From Actinomycetota bacterium (GTDB taxonomy: Bacteria > Actinomycetota > Actinomycetes > S36-B12 > UBA10799), in assembly GCA_963169225.1 (NCBI GenBank), contig CAUJDH010000045.1, positions 1,338 through 65,337 of the forward strand: a DNA stretch of 64,000 nucleotides, written 5' to 3'. Position numbers and translations under genes: made by a program. The notes under the pieces were generated by a model. It saw only the letters and a program-made list of their open reading frames with translations. It did not search any database and was not told the DNA's origin. Positions 1-9,253 of the stretch are shown in pieces. The first letter of the stretch is position 1; each line of letters begins with the position of its first letter.

Positions 1-277
1 AATTCTTGTCATCGACTTGGATGACAATCGACTTGATTCGATTTGCGACGGATTCGCTAGCGTTGATCCCATTCTTGATGATCTTTGCGATTGGTCCATC
101 GGTGCCGATCTGAGCAAGAAGCATATTGAGATTGATATGACGCTGATGTCTAACAGCCCGGACATCGCGATGGCTCGCTCCCAAGAGATTTTGGACCTGG
201 TCATGGAGATGAGTGGATTCGCTCGATTGGTAATCGCCGATGCTTCCAAGGTGACAGCCGAAGTCATCTCAGCGTAG
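1..277 (+). CDS. hypothetical acidic protein; 5' end probably lies outside the window
   Basis: The frame of listed ORF 17..277 stays open back to nt 2. TAG stop at 275-277. No motif recognised. Confidence 0.3.
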   Translation, partial: ILVIDLDDNRLDSICDGFASVDPILDDLCDWSIGADLSKKHIEIDMTLMSNSPDIAMARSQEILDLVMEMSGFARLVIADASKVTAEVISA

Positions 278-359
278 AAGTCGAATAGGTGTAGTCGACT
301 ACCCCAAAGACATCTAACCGGTAAAAATATCTGGAAACCTGCATACGTAGAATAAGGCT

Positions 360-1325
360 ATGGCTACCGACAAAAACGTTTCTTTGGCACTTGGCGCCGG
401 TGGTGCGCGCGGTTTCGCTCACATCGGCGTAATCCGCGAACTCCAAGATCGCGGCTACTCAATATCAAGCGTGGCCGGCACTTCGATGGGTGCGCTCGTC
501 GGTGGAGCTTTTGCCGCGGGCAAATTAGACGACTTCAGCGATTGGGCAACTGGACTCAACAAACGCGACGTCGTCATGTTGCTTGACCCCAAAGCTTCGG
601 GCCCTGGCGCCATCGCGGCAGAGAAACTTTTCAATACGTTGAAGGAACTTATCGGCGACCGAAATATCGAGGATCTTGAGATCCCCTACACTGCCGTTGC
701 CACGGACATCATCAATCAGCGCGAAGTGTGGTTTCAATCTGGCGACCTATTCACCGCGATGCGTTCGTCTATCTCGATCCCTGGCGTTTTCACTCCTGTC
801 GCAGTCAACGGACGAATCTTGGTCGATGGCGGTTTAATGAATCCGATCCCGGTCGAGTTCACCGCTCGGTCACAATCCTCCAAGTCGATCGCCGTCTCGC
901 TTCACGGTAAGCGCGCCTTGCCTGACTACACGGACGATAAAGAGCCGGGTGCCTGGCGCCAATGGTTGACCAACACCATTGGCGATCTACGTGATGCGGG
1001 TGACGATGCGGGCGATGCCATCAATGAGGCCGGTCACGAGTTTGAAAGCCCCAAGGTTGACAGTGGCGACGCCGAGGTTCCAGGGGCACAAGAAATTACC
1101 CAGGACTTCGTCGACACCCTCAAAATCTCCGACATCACAGCACTGTCGACAGATGCAGCACAGACGTTAGTTGCTCGATTCCGTCTGGCTGCCTACCCGC
1201 CTGATATCACTGTGACAGTTCCCGTGGATTCGTGCCGAACGCTTGAGTTCTACCGGGCACAAGAGATGATCGATTTAGGTCGCAAACTAGCGGTTCAGTC
1301 CTTCGACAAAGCCGAACTAGAATAA
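360..1325 (+). CDS. patatin-like phospholipase
   Basis: GAGGARG oxyanion motif, GTSMG (GxSxG) nucleophile elbow and a VDGG catalytic Asp motif, in the canonical order. Confidence 0.85.
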   Translation: MATDKNVSLALGAGGARGFAHIGVIRELQDRGYSISSVAGTSMGALVGGAFAAGKLDDFSDWATGLNKRDVVMLLDPKASGPGAIAAEKLFNTLKELIGDRNIEDLEIPYTAVATDIINQREVWFQSGDLFTAMRSSISIPGVFTPVAVNGRILVDGGLMNPIPVEFTARSQSSKSIAVSLHGKRALPDYTDDKEPGAWRQWLTNTIGDLRDAGDDAGDAINEAGHEFESPKVDSGDAEVPGAQEITQDFVDTLKISDITALSTDAAQTLVARFRLAAYPPDITVTVPVDSCRTLEFYRAQEMIDLGRKLAVQSFDKAELE

Positions 1326-1399
1326 GATAGGCTTGTAAAGTATCGTACTTTCGTCAATAGTTACTTGAATAGTAGCTCCTTAGGGGATACTATCCAAGC

Positions 1400-2383
1400 A
1401 TGGAAGCGCTTAAAGCTCTAAAAGTGATAGACCCCTTAACCGAAAGCCAGTGGGGTCTATTCACGGCATCTCAAGCAATTTCGCAAGGCGTTTCTAAGCT
1501 CGACCTCTCTCGACTTGCCAAAAATGGCCAAATTGAACGCCTCGCTCACGGCGTATACAAAAATGCTGGCGTTCCTACCGATAGCCTCGAAGACCTCCGC
1601 GTCGCATGGCTAAGCACTGCCCCTTCAGTACGTGCAGAGCAACGAATCAATAACCCAAGTCGAGATTTTGTTGTATCGGGCGCATCCGCCACCTGGCTCC
1701 ACGACATCGGTGACCTGCTACCCGAGCCGTTCACATTCAGCGCTCCTAAGAGGAAGCAATCTCAGCGACGAGAGATCAAATACTGGATCAGAGAACTCGA
1801 CGCGGAATCGGTGACAATTGTTGACGGCCTACCTGCCGTTACCGCGACCCAAGCCATCGCAGACCTTGTGGCAAAACGTACCGACCTGTCACTTGTGGCG
1901 GATGTCTATGCAGATGCATTCCGCGCTGGCAAGATCAACTCTGACCACCTTGAACGACTACTGAGTCCGCTTGCCGCACGAAATGGTTTCAAGAAAAACA
2001 ATGGCGCAGCTCTCCTCAATCAAATTGAAACACTTGCGCAACTTGATGACGAATCCCTTGCAGACCAAGTCGCACATACGAGTATTGCGTCACTGATTGT
2101 CCAACGTCTTCAAGATCCAGCATTCCTAGAAATGATGGACAAAATACGTGAGACAAACCAACTCAACAATTCCGCAGCGCACGACGTTATCCAAGCGAGC
2201 TTGGTTCACTCACAACTAACCTTCAGCGAACAACTAGCAAAGATGATTTCGAAGTCATTGTTCCCAGAAGGATTCAACAAGAATATTGCTGAACAAATCA
2301 TGAAAGGCGCTCAACTGGTGCTCGAAAGTGACACCACAACTAACGGTGTTTCCAGCGAAGTATCGGATACTACTAATGACTGA
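1400..2383 (+). CDS. AbiEi-family type IV toxin-antitoxin antitoxin (N-terminal wHTH domain)
   Basis: The N-terminus (FTASQAISQGVSKLDLSRLAKNGQIERLAHGVY) is typical of the AbiEi_4 domain. Its stop overlaps the ATG of the downstream AbiEii remnant (ATGACTGA). Confidence 0.75.
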   Translation: MEALKALKVIDPLTESQWGLFTASQAISQGVSKLDLSRLAKNGQIERLAHGVYKNAGVPTDSLEDLRVAWLSTAPSVRAEQRINNPSRDFVVSGASATWLHDIGDLLPEPFTFSAPKRKQSQRREIKYWIRELDAESVTIVDGLPAVTATQAIADLVAKRTDLSLVADVYADAFRAGKINSDHLERLLSPLAARNGFKKNNGAALLNQIETLAQLDDESLADQVAHTSIASLIVQRLQDPAFLEMMDKIRETNQLNNSAAHDVIQASLVHSQLTFSEQLAKMISKSLFPEGFNKNIAEQIMKGAQLVLESDTTTNGVSSEVSDTTND

Positions 2384-3153
2384 ATCAGAGTACCCCGACG
2401 CCAGGGCTGTCGAACAAGCAATCAAAAGTGCCGCAGACAAACAATGCACTTTGAATCCCACGCTCAACAAGACCGACGTCATAAGACAGGCGCACTTCGA
2501 TCGATGACGCTCTGGAGGACTTGCGACGCCGCTCTCAAATTGATCTTGGCGATCACTTCAGATTCGAATTCATGGGGTCAAGTTCGATTTCTCAAACCGG
2601 AAATCAGCAATATCTGGATGGACTAGAAGTCACATTTACCATCTTCCTCGGCGTACAAAGCAAGGGAAAGATCAAAGTTGACTTGGTAAGTGGATTCGAT
2701 GACGCAGTCCAGTTCGATGAAGTGGATCCCCTCAACCGACTCACAGACCTGAAACTCAAAACTGTTCCGTATCGAATATTTCCGCTAGCAAACCAAATCG
2801 CAGACAAAGTCTGCGCTATCGAAGGTCTTTACTCTGGAAAGCCATCGTCTCGGTCCAAAGACCTTGTCGACTTGATAGTGATCGCCACTACCCAAACAGG
2901 AGTGAGTGCAGCCGATGCCGCGGAAGCAATTCGTCGCGAACGAACGAGAAGAAGTAACGAACCGACGAATATCCTTTCGATACCGAACCAATGGGCCGAC
3001 CAGTATCAATCAACTGCCGCGAATGTTCCAGCATGCGCTGAGTTTTTACTGTTTGCCGATGCCCAGGATCTCATGAGAAAGTTCATCGATCCACTGCTTG
3101 GTAATTCTCCCGAAGGCGTATGGAGTCCCAATCAGCTGGCATGGATCAGTTAG
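2376..3153 (+). pseudogene. AbiEii/AbiGii nucleotidyltransferase toxin, internally deleted and frame-broken
   Basis: ATG at 2376 opens 43 codons ending FDR-TGA at 2505-2507. The remainder (RTSIDDALEDL...DLGDHFRFEF...SKDLVDL) runs in another frame that is open only from 2485. The two parts share nucleotides, so the KGG-containing segment expected between them is absent. Confidence 0.65.
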
Positions 3154-3159
3154 CTACTG

Positions 3160-3732
3160 CTACCCCTGGAGATCAGCGGCATGATTGCGAACGACCGCGC
3201 CTTTGGATGAAGCCTTGTCGGCCAAGTCAGAGCGGTAGTCACGCAGCTGCTCGGCCACGTCTTCGTCTGACGTTCCGAGAATCCGCGCAGCGAGTAGGCC
3301 AGCGTTCTTGGCGTTGCCGATCGCGACTGTAGCGACAGGCACTCCACCTGGCATTTGAACAATCGAAAGCAGGGAGTCGAGTCCGTCAAGCTTCGACAAC
3401 GGAACAGGCACCCCAATCACCGGTAGCTCAGTTACCGAAGCCAACATGCCTGGCAAATGCGCGGCCCCGCCTGCACCGGCGATGATCACCTTAAGCCCGC
3501 GGTCAGCTGCCTCCTGGCCGTACTTGATCATGACCTCAGGCATCCTGTGAGCCGACACAACATCGGCCTCGAACGGAATATCGAACTCCGCGAGCACTTC
3601 AGCAGCAGCCTGCATGGTCGGCCAGTCTGAGTCCGAGCCCATGACGATCCCAACGACAGGGGCACCAACACCTCGGTCGAGCGTTCCCTCGCCGTCAGCA
3701 CTCGCAACTACGGACTGCACATCGTCAGCCAT
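3160..3732 (-). CDS. purE: 5-(carboxyamino)imidazole ribonucleotide mutase
   Basis: GSDSDWPTM...SAHRMP...[10 protein letters not shown] motifs are diagnostic of class I PurE. Confidence 0.95.
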   Translation of the reverse strand: MADDVQSVVASADGEGTLDRGVGAPVVGIVMGSDSDWPTMQAAAEVLAEFDIPFEADVVSAHRMPEVMIKYGQEAADRGLKVIIAGAGGAAHLPGMLASVTELPVIGVPVPLSKLDGLDSLLSIVQMPGGVPVATVAIGNAKNAGLLAARILGTSDEDVAEQLRDYRSDLADKASSKGAVVRNHAADLQG

Positions 3733-3847
3733 TCAATCCTCCAGCAGCTAGCTGTTTTATCAGTGAAACCTCCACAATACGCCCTATTTGATCAACGCGC
3801 TGAACGGGCGAGCCCCACAATAAACTTCGACCTCAAATAGCCTCTTC

Positions 3848-3888
3848 ACAAGATAACTTGCCAAGTGATGGCCAACAAGTTATCTTGT
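3848..3888. promoter_or_regulatory. perfect 13-bp inverted repeat (ACAAGATAACTTG-N15-CAAGTTATCTTGT); candidate operator
   Basis: Arms at 3848-3860 and 3876-3888, ending 3 nt before the ATG at 3892 of the small two-gene cassette. Confidence 0.5.
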
Positions 3889-3891
3889 TAT

Positions 3892-4152
3892 ATGAGCATT
3901 GTTTTCAAAGAGAGCGCATACAAACACGGCTTAGGCGAGACCGACATTGTTCATGCTTTTCGCAATGCAATACGAATATTTCCAGTGGACTCTTCAATGA
4001 AAATGGCCATTGGCCCTACGTCGTCAGGAGGGTTACTTGAAGTTGGATACAGCGACGATAGTGAGACATACATGATCTTCCATGCGATGCCTGCACGAGA
4101 AAAGTTTCTGAAGAATATGCAACCTAGAAAGGAAAGTGGTCGAAATGCCTAA
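3892..4152 (+). CDS. small toxin-like protein of a two-gene TA-like cassette (family not firmly identified)
   Basis: 86-aa product (MSIVFKESAYKHGLGETDIVHAFRN...GGLLEVGY...MIFHAMPAREKF). This pattern recurs in small actinobacterial proteins paired with antitoxin-like partners. I chose the start at 3892 rather than 3865 because the upstream ATGs lie inside the inverted repeat. It overlaps the next ORF by 17 nt. Confidence 0.45.
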   Translation: MSIVFKESAYKHGLGETDIVHAFRNAIRIFPVDSSMKMAIGPTSSGGLLEVGYSDDSETYMIFHAMPAREKFLKNMQPRKESGRNA

Positions 4153-4414
4153 GTCAACCGAAGAGATTCTGGCCCATGCCGACGAACTTGCCAAAAAGTT
4201 TGAAGACTACGAGCCATCGGAACTTGAACTCCAGTTTGCTGACCAACTAGCAGATATACATAGGTGGGTTGTGAATCGAGCCACAGCAGAGAAGAACATC
4301 GTCGATGCAATTAGAGGTGCACGCAAAGCTGGCGCACCTTGGGATGTCATTGGCTCAATTCTGGGCACTAGCGGAGAAGCTGCTCGACAAAAATACAGAT
4401 CGATCGCCGCATAG
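4136..4414 (+). CDS. small antitoxin-like protein with a C-terminal helix-turn-helix
   Basis: 92 aa. The C-terminus (GAPWDVIGSILGTSGEAARQKYRS) resembles a sigma-70 region-4-type HTH. It overlaps the upstream small ORF. Confidence 0.45.
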   Translation: MVEMPKSTEEILAHADELAKKFEDYEPSELELQFADQLADIHRWVVNRATAEKNIVDAIRGARKAGAPWDVIGSILGTSGEAARQKYRSIAA

Positions 4415-4437
4415 CGGATTGACGAAAACTAACAGAT

Positions 4438-5601
4438 CTATTGATCCGCGATGGACTTGGCCGCGAACCTGGCTCGACCTACGACCTCGTCGAGGTCTTC
4501 ACCATAGGCGGTGACATGTCCTAGTTTGCGCCCTGCACGAGGCTCTTTGCCATACCAGTGCAACTTGATGCGCGGATCCTGAGCCAGCACGCCTGGGTAG
4601 GCGCTGTAGCCAGGAGTGGATTCGGTTCCCAGAATGTTCTCCATCACCACCACGGGTGCACGCAAACCCGTCGCACCGAGTGGTAGGTCGAGCACCGCCC
4701 GCAGGTGGTTCTCGAACTGTGACGTGACAGCACCATCGATCGACCAATGCCCCGAATTGTGCGGGCGCATTGCGAGTTCGTTCACAAGCAAACCCTGTTC
4801 AGAGTCGAATAGTTCAACAGCAAGCATTCCCGTAACACCTAGTGCTTGCGCCACCTTGAGTGCAATCGACTGGGCCTGGGCTACGGTTTCGTCGTCGAGG
4901 CCGGGCGCCGGCGCAACAACCTCGGTGCAAATTCCATCTGTCTGCACAGTACGCACCACGGGGTATGCGAGGACTTGACCACTCGGCGTTCGGGCAACCT
5001 GAGCAGCGAGCTCCTGTGTGAACGGGACGAATTGCTCTAGCAACCAGTTGGCATTGTTTTGGAGGTCAGCTTGATTGGCTAGTTCGCGTGCTTGCATACC
5101 GTCGGCCAATACCCACACCCCGCGACCGTCGTAACCGCCGCGCGAAGTCTTCGCAACCACCGGAAATCCGTTGGCCTGCCCAAAAGCGTCGACGGCGGCC
5201 ACGAACTCGTCGGCAGATACTTCCCGCGAAACAGCCTGCCAAGCCGGGCATGGGATGCCCGCCTCAGTAAGTGCCTCTCGCATGGTGATCTTGTCTTGCG
5301 CATGAACGAGCGCCTGCGGCCCCGGCTCGACCCGGATGCCTGCGTTAATCAATTCATTCAAAATTTCAGCGGGAACATGCTCGTGATCAAATGTCACCAC
5401 ATCGCACTCGTGGGCGAAATTGAGAACCGCCTCACGGTCGGTATGCTCGCCAAGTTCAACATCACTAATCACCAGCGCCGCCGAGTCCCGCGGCCCTACC
5501 GAGAGCACTTTGAGTTCTACACCAAGAGCGATAGCGGCTTGCTGCATCATGCGGGCAAGCTGCCCCCCACCGATAACGCCGACAACTGGAAAATCAGTCA
5601 C
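4438..5601 (-). CDS. purK: 5-(carboxyamino)imidazole ribonucleotide synthase
   Basis: ATP-grasp protein with a VGVIGGGQLARMM N-terminus and full-length PurK-like sequence. GTG start. Confidence 0.92.
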   Translation of the reverse strand: MTDFPVVGVIGGGQLARMMQQAAIALGVELKVLSVGPRDSAALVISDVELGEHTDREAVLNFAHECDVVTFDHEHVPAEILNELINAGIRVEPGPQALVHAQDKITMREALTEAGIPCPAWQAVSREVSADEFVAAVDAFGQANGFPVVAKTSRGGYDGRGVWVLADGMQARELANQADLQNNANWLLEQFVPFTQELAAQVARTPSGQVLAYPVVRTVQTDGICTEVVAPAPGLDDETVAQAQSIALKVAQALGVTGMLAVELFDSEQGLLVNELAMRPHNSGHWSIDGAVTSQFENHLRAVLDLPLGATGLRAPVVVMENILGTESTPGYSAYPGVLAQDPRIKLHWYGKEPRAGRKLGHVTAYGEDLDEVVGRARFAAKSIADQ

Positions 5602-5654
5602 TTAACGATCTTACTAGGCAAAGACGTTCCCGCCGAACTCGTCGCACCAAGAAG

Positions 5655-6689
5655 CTACGTTCGCTCGACCGAAACGGCGAAAATTGCGGTGAACTTGTCT
5701 CCCGGCTCAACCACACGGATCGGGAATTTGCCGGCTAACGGATCGGTCGGTGCAGTCATGGGCTCGATCGCAACCAGTGGCGCATCCGCCGGCGCGTACA
5801 GCACGGCATAGTCGTAACCGTCGACATAGTCGAACGTGATTCGCATGCGCCCGCCCTCAAGCCACACTTTGGTACCAGGAGCAACCTCGTCGTAGAGATC
5901 GTCATAAGTAATGCCACCGTTTGCCGGATCGCCCAAGGTATCGAGCCCAACTGGTAGCCGCTCAACTTCACCAGTAGGCACCGAACGATCGTCAAGCAGC
6001 AGATGATGTGTGAGCGGGCGTTCGAGCGTCCAGTCTTGTCGGTCAGCACCTGGCGGCGCAAAGTACGGATGGAATCCGAACGCAACGGGAACCCTTCGGT
6101 CACTGATCGCCTCAAGCGAAGTCGAAACCGTGAGCTTACGGCCCTTAAGTCGCACCGAGATAGTGAGCTGGTGCGCAAACGGGAACGCGGGAAACTCAGG
6201 ACGCGATTCGTCGAACTTGAGAGTCGCCACCAACCAAGCACCCTCGTCCTCACCAGACTGGACTGCTTCTTTGCGCGTGACCTCCCAATCTGGGCAACCT
6301 GCAAGCAGGCCATGGATAGCCAATCCGTTCGCATCTGGATGAACCCCTGGAGTCTCATCGAGTTGGAGATCCACACCGTCAAACTCGGTCGTCACAACTC
6401 GATTGGCCCAAGGCGCAAGCAGCGGAATACCAAAAGTCTTGCCAGACTCTCGATACGCGGCAATTCCCGCACGCTGACCTAGGAACTCCTCGCCTTCGAA
6501 GGTGGCCGACGCCCCCACCATTCCAGCATCCGGAACGAACGTTGCCGTTACTCCATCTGGGGAGACGAGAGTCACAGGATGAGTGTCCGGTGCCGCTTCA
6601 AGCGTGGTGTCGCGGACTTCGTATTGCTGGGCCTTGGATTCGGCTACATCGCTCATGGCTGGAAGCGTACTCGTCTGAGTGGTCGCCAC
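5655..6689 (-). CDS. aldose 1-epimerase family protein
   Basis: Galactose-mutarotase-like features including FGFHPYF. The start is uncertain (GTG 6689 or ATG 6656). Confidence 0.7.
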   Translation of the reverse strand: MATTQTSTLPAMSDVAESKAQQYEVRDTTLEAAPDTHPVTLVSPDGVTATFVPDAGMVGASATFEGEEFLGQRAGIAAYRESGKTFGIPLLAPWANRVVTTEFDGVDLQLDETPGVHPDANGLAIHGLLAGCPDWEVTRKEAVQSGEDEGAWLVATLKFDESRPEFPAFPFAHQLTISVRLKGRKLTVSTSLEAISDRRVPVAFGFHPYFAPPGADRQDWTLERPLTHHLLLDDRSVPTGEVERLPVGLDTLGDPANGGITYDDLYDEVAPGTKVWLEGGRMRITFDYVDGYDYAVLYAPADAPLVAIEPMTAPTDPLAGKFPIRVVEPGDKFTAIFAVSVERT

Positions 6690-6737
6690 ACAATTCCGTT
6701 TAGTTTCAAATGTCGGCTAAAGGGGTACTATTCAACT

Positions 6738-7364
6738 ATGGCGCAAGCTCCCCAAGACCCCCACATCGAAGAAGCAAATATTGAAGTTGATCTTCGCGAT
6801 GCTTCTAATACGCTTTCGCCTGCCAAAAGCGACCCATCCGAGCCGATCGCACGACGTGGCAAAGTCGCCACTTATTACGCACTTGCTCGGGTCAAGTTCG
6901 ACTATCTACTTCGCGAAGCTGCCAAGTTTGGTGTCGTTGGAATTATCGCGCTCATCATTGACGTCGGCTTGTTCAACCTCCTTATGTATTCCGGCCCGCT
7001 CGCGATTTTTGCCGGCAAACCTCTGACCGCGAAGATCGTGGCAGTCGCAGTGGCCATGACCTTCGCTTACTTTGCTAACCGCTTCTGGACCTTCCGTGAC
7101 CGCGGCCGCACTTCTATGGCTCGCGAATATGTTTTGTTCGTTGTTCTGAATCTTGTCGGCATGGGCATCGCCCTCGCCTGCCTCTGGTTCAGCCACTATG
7201 CCCTCGGCCTTACCAGCGCACTCGCTGACAACATCAGCGCTAACGTCGTGGGCTTGATTCTTGGAACCTTGTTCCGATTCTGGGCCTACCGCAAGTGGGT
7301 CTTCCCGGCGGTCGAAGACGAACTCGCTGACGATCTAGCCCAGCAAGACGCTCAAGCCAGCTAA
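6738..7364 (+). CDS. GtrA-family membrane protein
   Basis: KFGVVGIIALIIDVGLFNLL...FRFWAYRKWVF and four TM segments. I trimmed the listed ORF 6579.. to the ATG at 6738 because the extension overlaps the epimerase gene. Confidence 0.75.
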   Translation: MAQAPQDPHIEEANIEVDLRDASNTLSPAKSDPSEPIARRGKVATYYALARVKFDYLLREAAKFGVVGIIALIIDVGLFNLLMYSGPLAIFAGKPLTAKIVAVAVAMTFAYFANRFWTFRDRGRTSMAREYVLFVVLNLVGMGIALACLWFSHYALGLTSALADNISANVVGLILGTLFRFWAYRKWVFPAVEDELADDLAQQDAQAS

Positions 7365-7386
7365 ATTCCGCTAACTTCCCTGCCCG

Positions 7387-8628
7387 CTACTTATCTTTTG
7401 CGCGGCGTAACTCCCAAGCAGTCATCCGACTCAAACCTTGGATTGCGCGCATGCGTGTGCTCTTGAATCGATACCGGTTATCTACTTCAAGAGCTTCGTG
7501 CGTCTCAGTGTCGATATAGCTCGATGAAGGTTTAGCCATCGCCGTCAGTCTGCTCGCCCGGTTCACGGTCTCACCAAACACGTCGCCCATCTGGTTGATC
7601 ATCGGACCGGTAGCGATTCCGATCCGAAGCTCAGGAAACTCGTCGGCGTTCTCAGTGAACTGCTGCAGACTCAAGGCAAACTCCGCAACATCTTGCGGGA
7701 ACGCACTCATGATCAACACTTCGTCGCCGATTGTCTTCATCAGCTTGGCACCAGTCTCAGCAGCAATCAAAGTGACGATCTGTTCAAACCGTTCAACCAG
7801 CCTGGCGAGTTCGTGCGGCTCAAGTTCCCGCGAGAGTCGCGTAAAACCAACCATGTCAGCGAAGGCAACTGTGCCGATATCGCTCGCCTCACTCGGCTTA
7901 CTACTCGCCCGATCCGACCGTACTACGTTATCGACAGTTTGCCTGCGCCAAATCTGTAACAACAACCGCTCGAGGATCGGGCGAAGTCCACTAATGGACT
8001 TAATCACCTTGGCCAGCTCTTCTTCTGTCGGCGTCTTATCAGGGTTAGACAGACCAAGAGCCTCCAGTCGTCTTCCGACGATCGTGGCCTGCCAGTCGGC
8101 AAGCCGGGATGTCGTTTGTGCAATAGCGCGCACCATCTCGAGCATGTCCTCAAGCGTGAGCATCTCGCGGTCGACTGCTCGCTTGAATGCCTTGAGTGCG
8201 TCAACGTCCGTTTGATTGAACATGAGGCCGTCTGCCGAGGAATCGTCGAAGCCAAGGATTCGCCAAATTAAGAGTCCTTGTTCTTGGCTAAGTCCGGCCT
8301 CAGCGATTACTTCGTCAAAAGTGAGGTCGACTGGGCCATGCAGAATGTACTCAATAACTGGAGCAATGCTCGTCCGAGCAATCTCGTCGCTGGAGTTTTG
8401 ACGCTTAACGACTTCTTTAGTCGCAGTCTTTTTAGCTGCTTTCTTATCTGCCTTTTTAACTACTGGCTTTTTAGCCACCTTCTTGGCAACGGTTTTAGTC
8501 GCTGCCTTCTTGACTGGCTTGGTAGCTGGCTTGGCTTTGGTGTTGGTACCAGCCTTAGCCTTACCGTTAGCTCTCGTCTTGGCGTTCGCTTTAACCTTGG
8601 GCTCGTCTTTGGAAGAATTCTCGGTCAC
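7387..8628 (-). CDS. class III adenylate cyclase with an N-terminal Lys/Ala-rich histone-H1-like tail
   Basis: Catalytic motifs FADMVGFT, KTIGDEVL and GETVNRASRL. The first ~80 aa are KAKA/KKAA repeats. The GTG start overlaps the upstream stop (GTGA). Confidence 0.85.
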   Translation of the reverse strand: MTENSSKDEPKVKANAKTRANGKAKAGTNTKAKPATKPVKKAATKTVAKKVAKKPVVKKADKKAAKKTATKEVVKRQNSSDEIARTSIAPVIEYILHGPVDLTFDEVIAEAGLSQEQGLLIWRILGFDDSSADGLMFNQTDVDALKAFKRAVDREMLTLEDMLEMVRAIAQTTSRLADWQATIVGRRLEALGLSNPDKTPTEEELAKVIKSISGLRPILERLLLQIWRRQTVDNVVRSDRASSKPSEASDIGTVAFADMVGFTRLSRELEPHELARLVERFEQIVTLIAAETGAKLMKTIGDEVLIMSAFPQDVAEFALSLQQFTENADEFPELRIGIATGPMINQMGDVFGETVNRASRLTAMAKPSSSYIDTETHEALEVDNRYRFKSTRMRAIQGLSRMTAWELRRAKDK

Positions 8629-9182
8629 TGTGCCCAGCCAGTCGTTTGCGGTTGAATAGCGTTCACAGCTAGGACATCCTGTCGTTGATCCAAGATCACA
8701 TTAGCGACCTGTTGAGCGTGCCCAACGCCCTCAATCAGCGCGGGTTCATAAGAAAAAGTAGTGCGGATCGAGACCGTGGCGTGACCAAGCATCGTTTTGA
8801 GCCTGCCCGAGAGAACATCGACAGAAACGATATTGAGCATCGGAATCTCCCATCCTGTAGTCCGCGGTCGTTGTCTGATTACAACTCTATGGGACGTAAC
8901 CGCGGCGCGGAACCTACTCCAAGCAAGGAATTTGCGAAATACGAACACAATGAGAAACACAATGGCCGTCACAACAATCGCCCAACGGATCGGAGCGATG
9001 TAAAACGGGCGGATGACACTGGGAAATTGCGAGACCAGACGAGGAGTCGCCCCGAGAGCTGCACCGGTCGCCAGCGCAATCACAGCAGCCCAGATCAATG
9101 CAGGAGCTAGCGACCATACCGATTTTCGGATGTCCGCCAGCAATTCCTCGCCCGCATATAGGTCGAGCCACTGATCTGTCAC
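8625..9182 (-). CDS. PH-domain (bPH_2/YdbS-like) membrane protein
   Basis: Two N-terminal TM helices followed by a ~80-aa beta-rich domain. This arrangement is typical of membrane-flanked bacterial PH domains. Confidence 0.55.
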   Translation of the reverse strand: MTDQWLDLYAGEELLADIRKSVWSLAPALIWAAVIALATGAALGATPRLVSQFPSVIRPFYIAPIRWAIVVTAIVFLIVFVFRKFLAWSRFRAAVTSHRVVIRQRPRTTGWEIPMLNIVSVDVLSGRLKTMLGHATVSIRTTFSYEPALIEGVGHAQQVANVILDQRQDVLAVNAIQPQTTGWAQ

Positions 9183-9253
9183 TGACCCATCGTTCCACGT
9201 TCTGAGGGTCGGATGTAGGAATTTGGGGTGGTCGGTTTGTGTGGCTTCCAGTT

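Noticed and set aside
360-1325. Patatin phospholipase as the effector of a CBASS-like defence system, given the AbiE module next door.
   Set aside because: There is no CD-NTase, cyclase or sensor gene adjacent. The only cyclase (class III, 7387-8628) is 6 kb away in a different conserved context. The patatin gene looks like a stand-alone RssA-type enzyme.
5092-5811. 239-aa plus-strand ORF spanning the purK 5' end and the epimerase 3' end.
   Set aside because: It is antisense to two confidently assigned genes and crosses their intergenic gap. It has no recognisable domain.
7595-8215. 206-aa Ser/Ala/Arg-rich plus-strand ORF.
   Set aside because: It is antisense to the adenylate cyclase gene. 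Its low-complexity composition is typical of a shadow frame.
8389-8628. Periodic short repeats that could look like a repeat array.
   Set aside because: They are in frame and encode the KAKA/KKAA tail of the cyclase. There is no spacer-repeat organisation, so this is not a CRISPR array.
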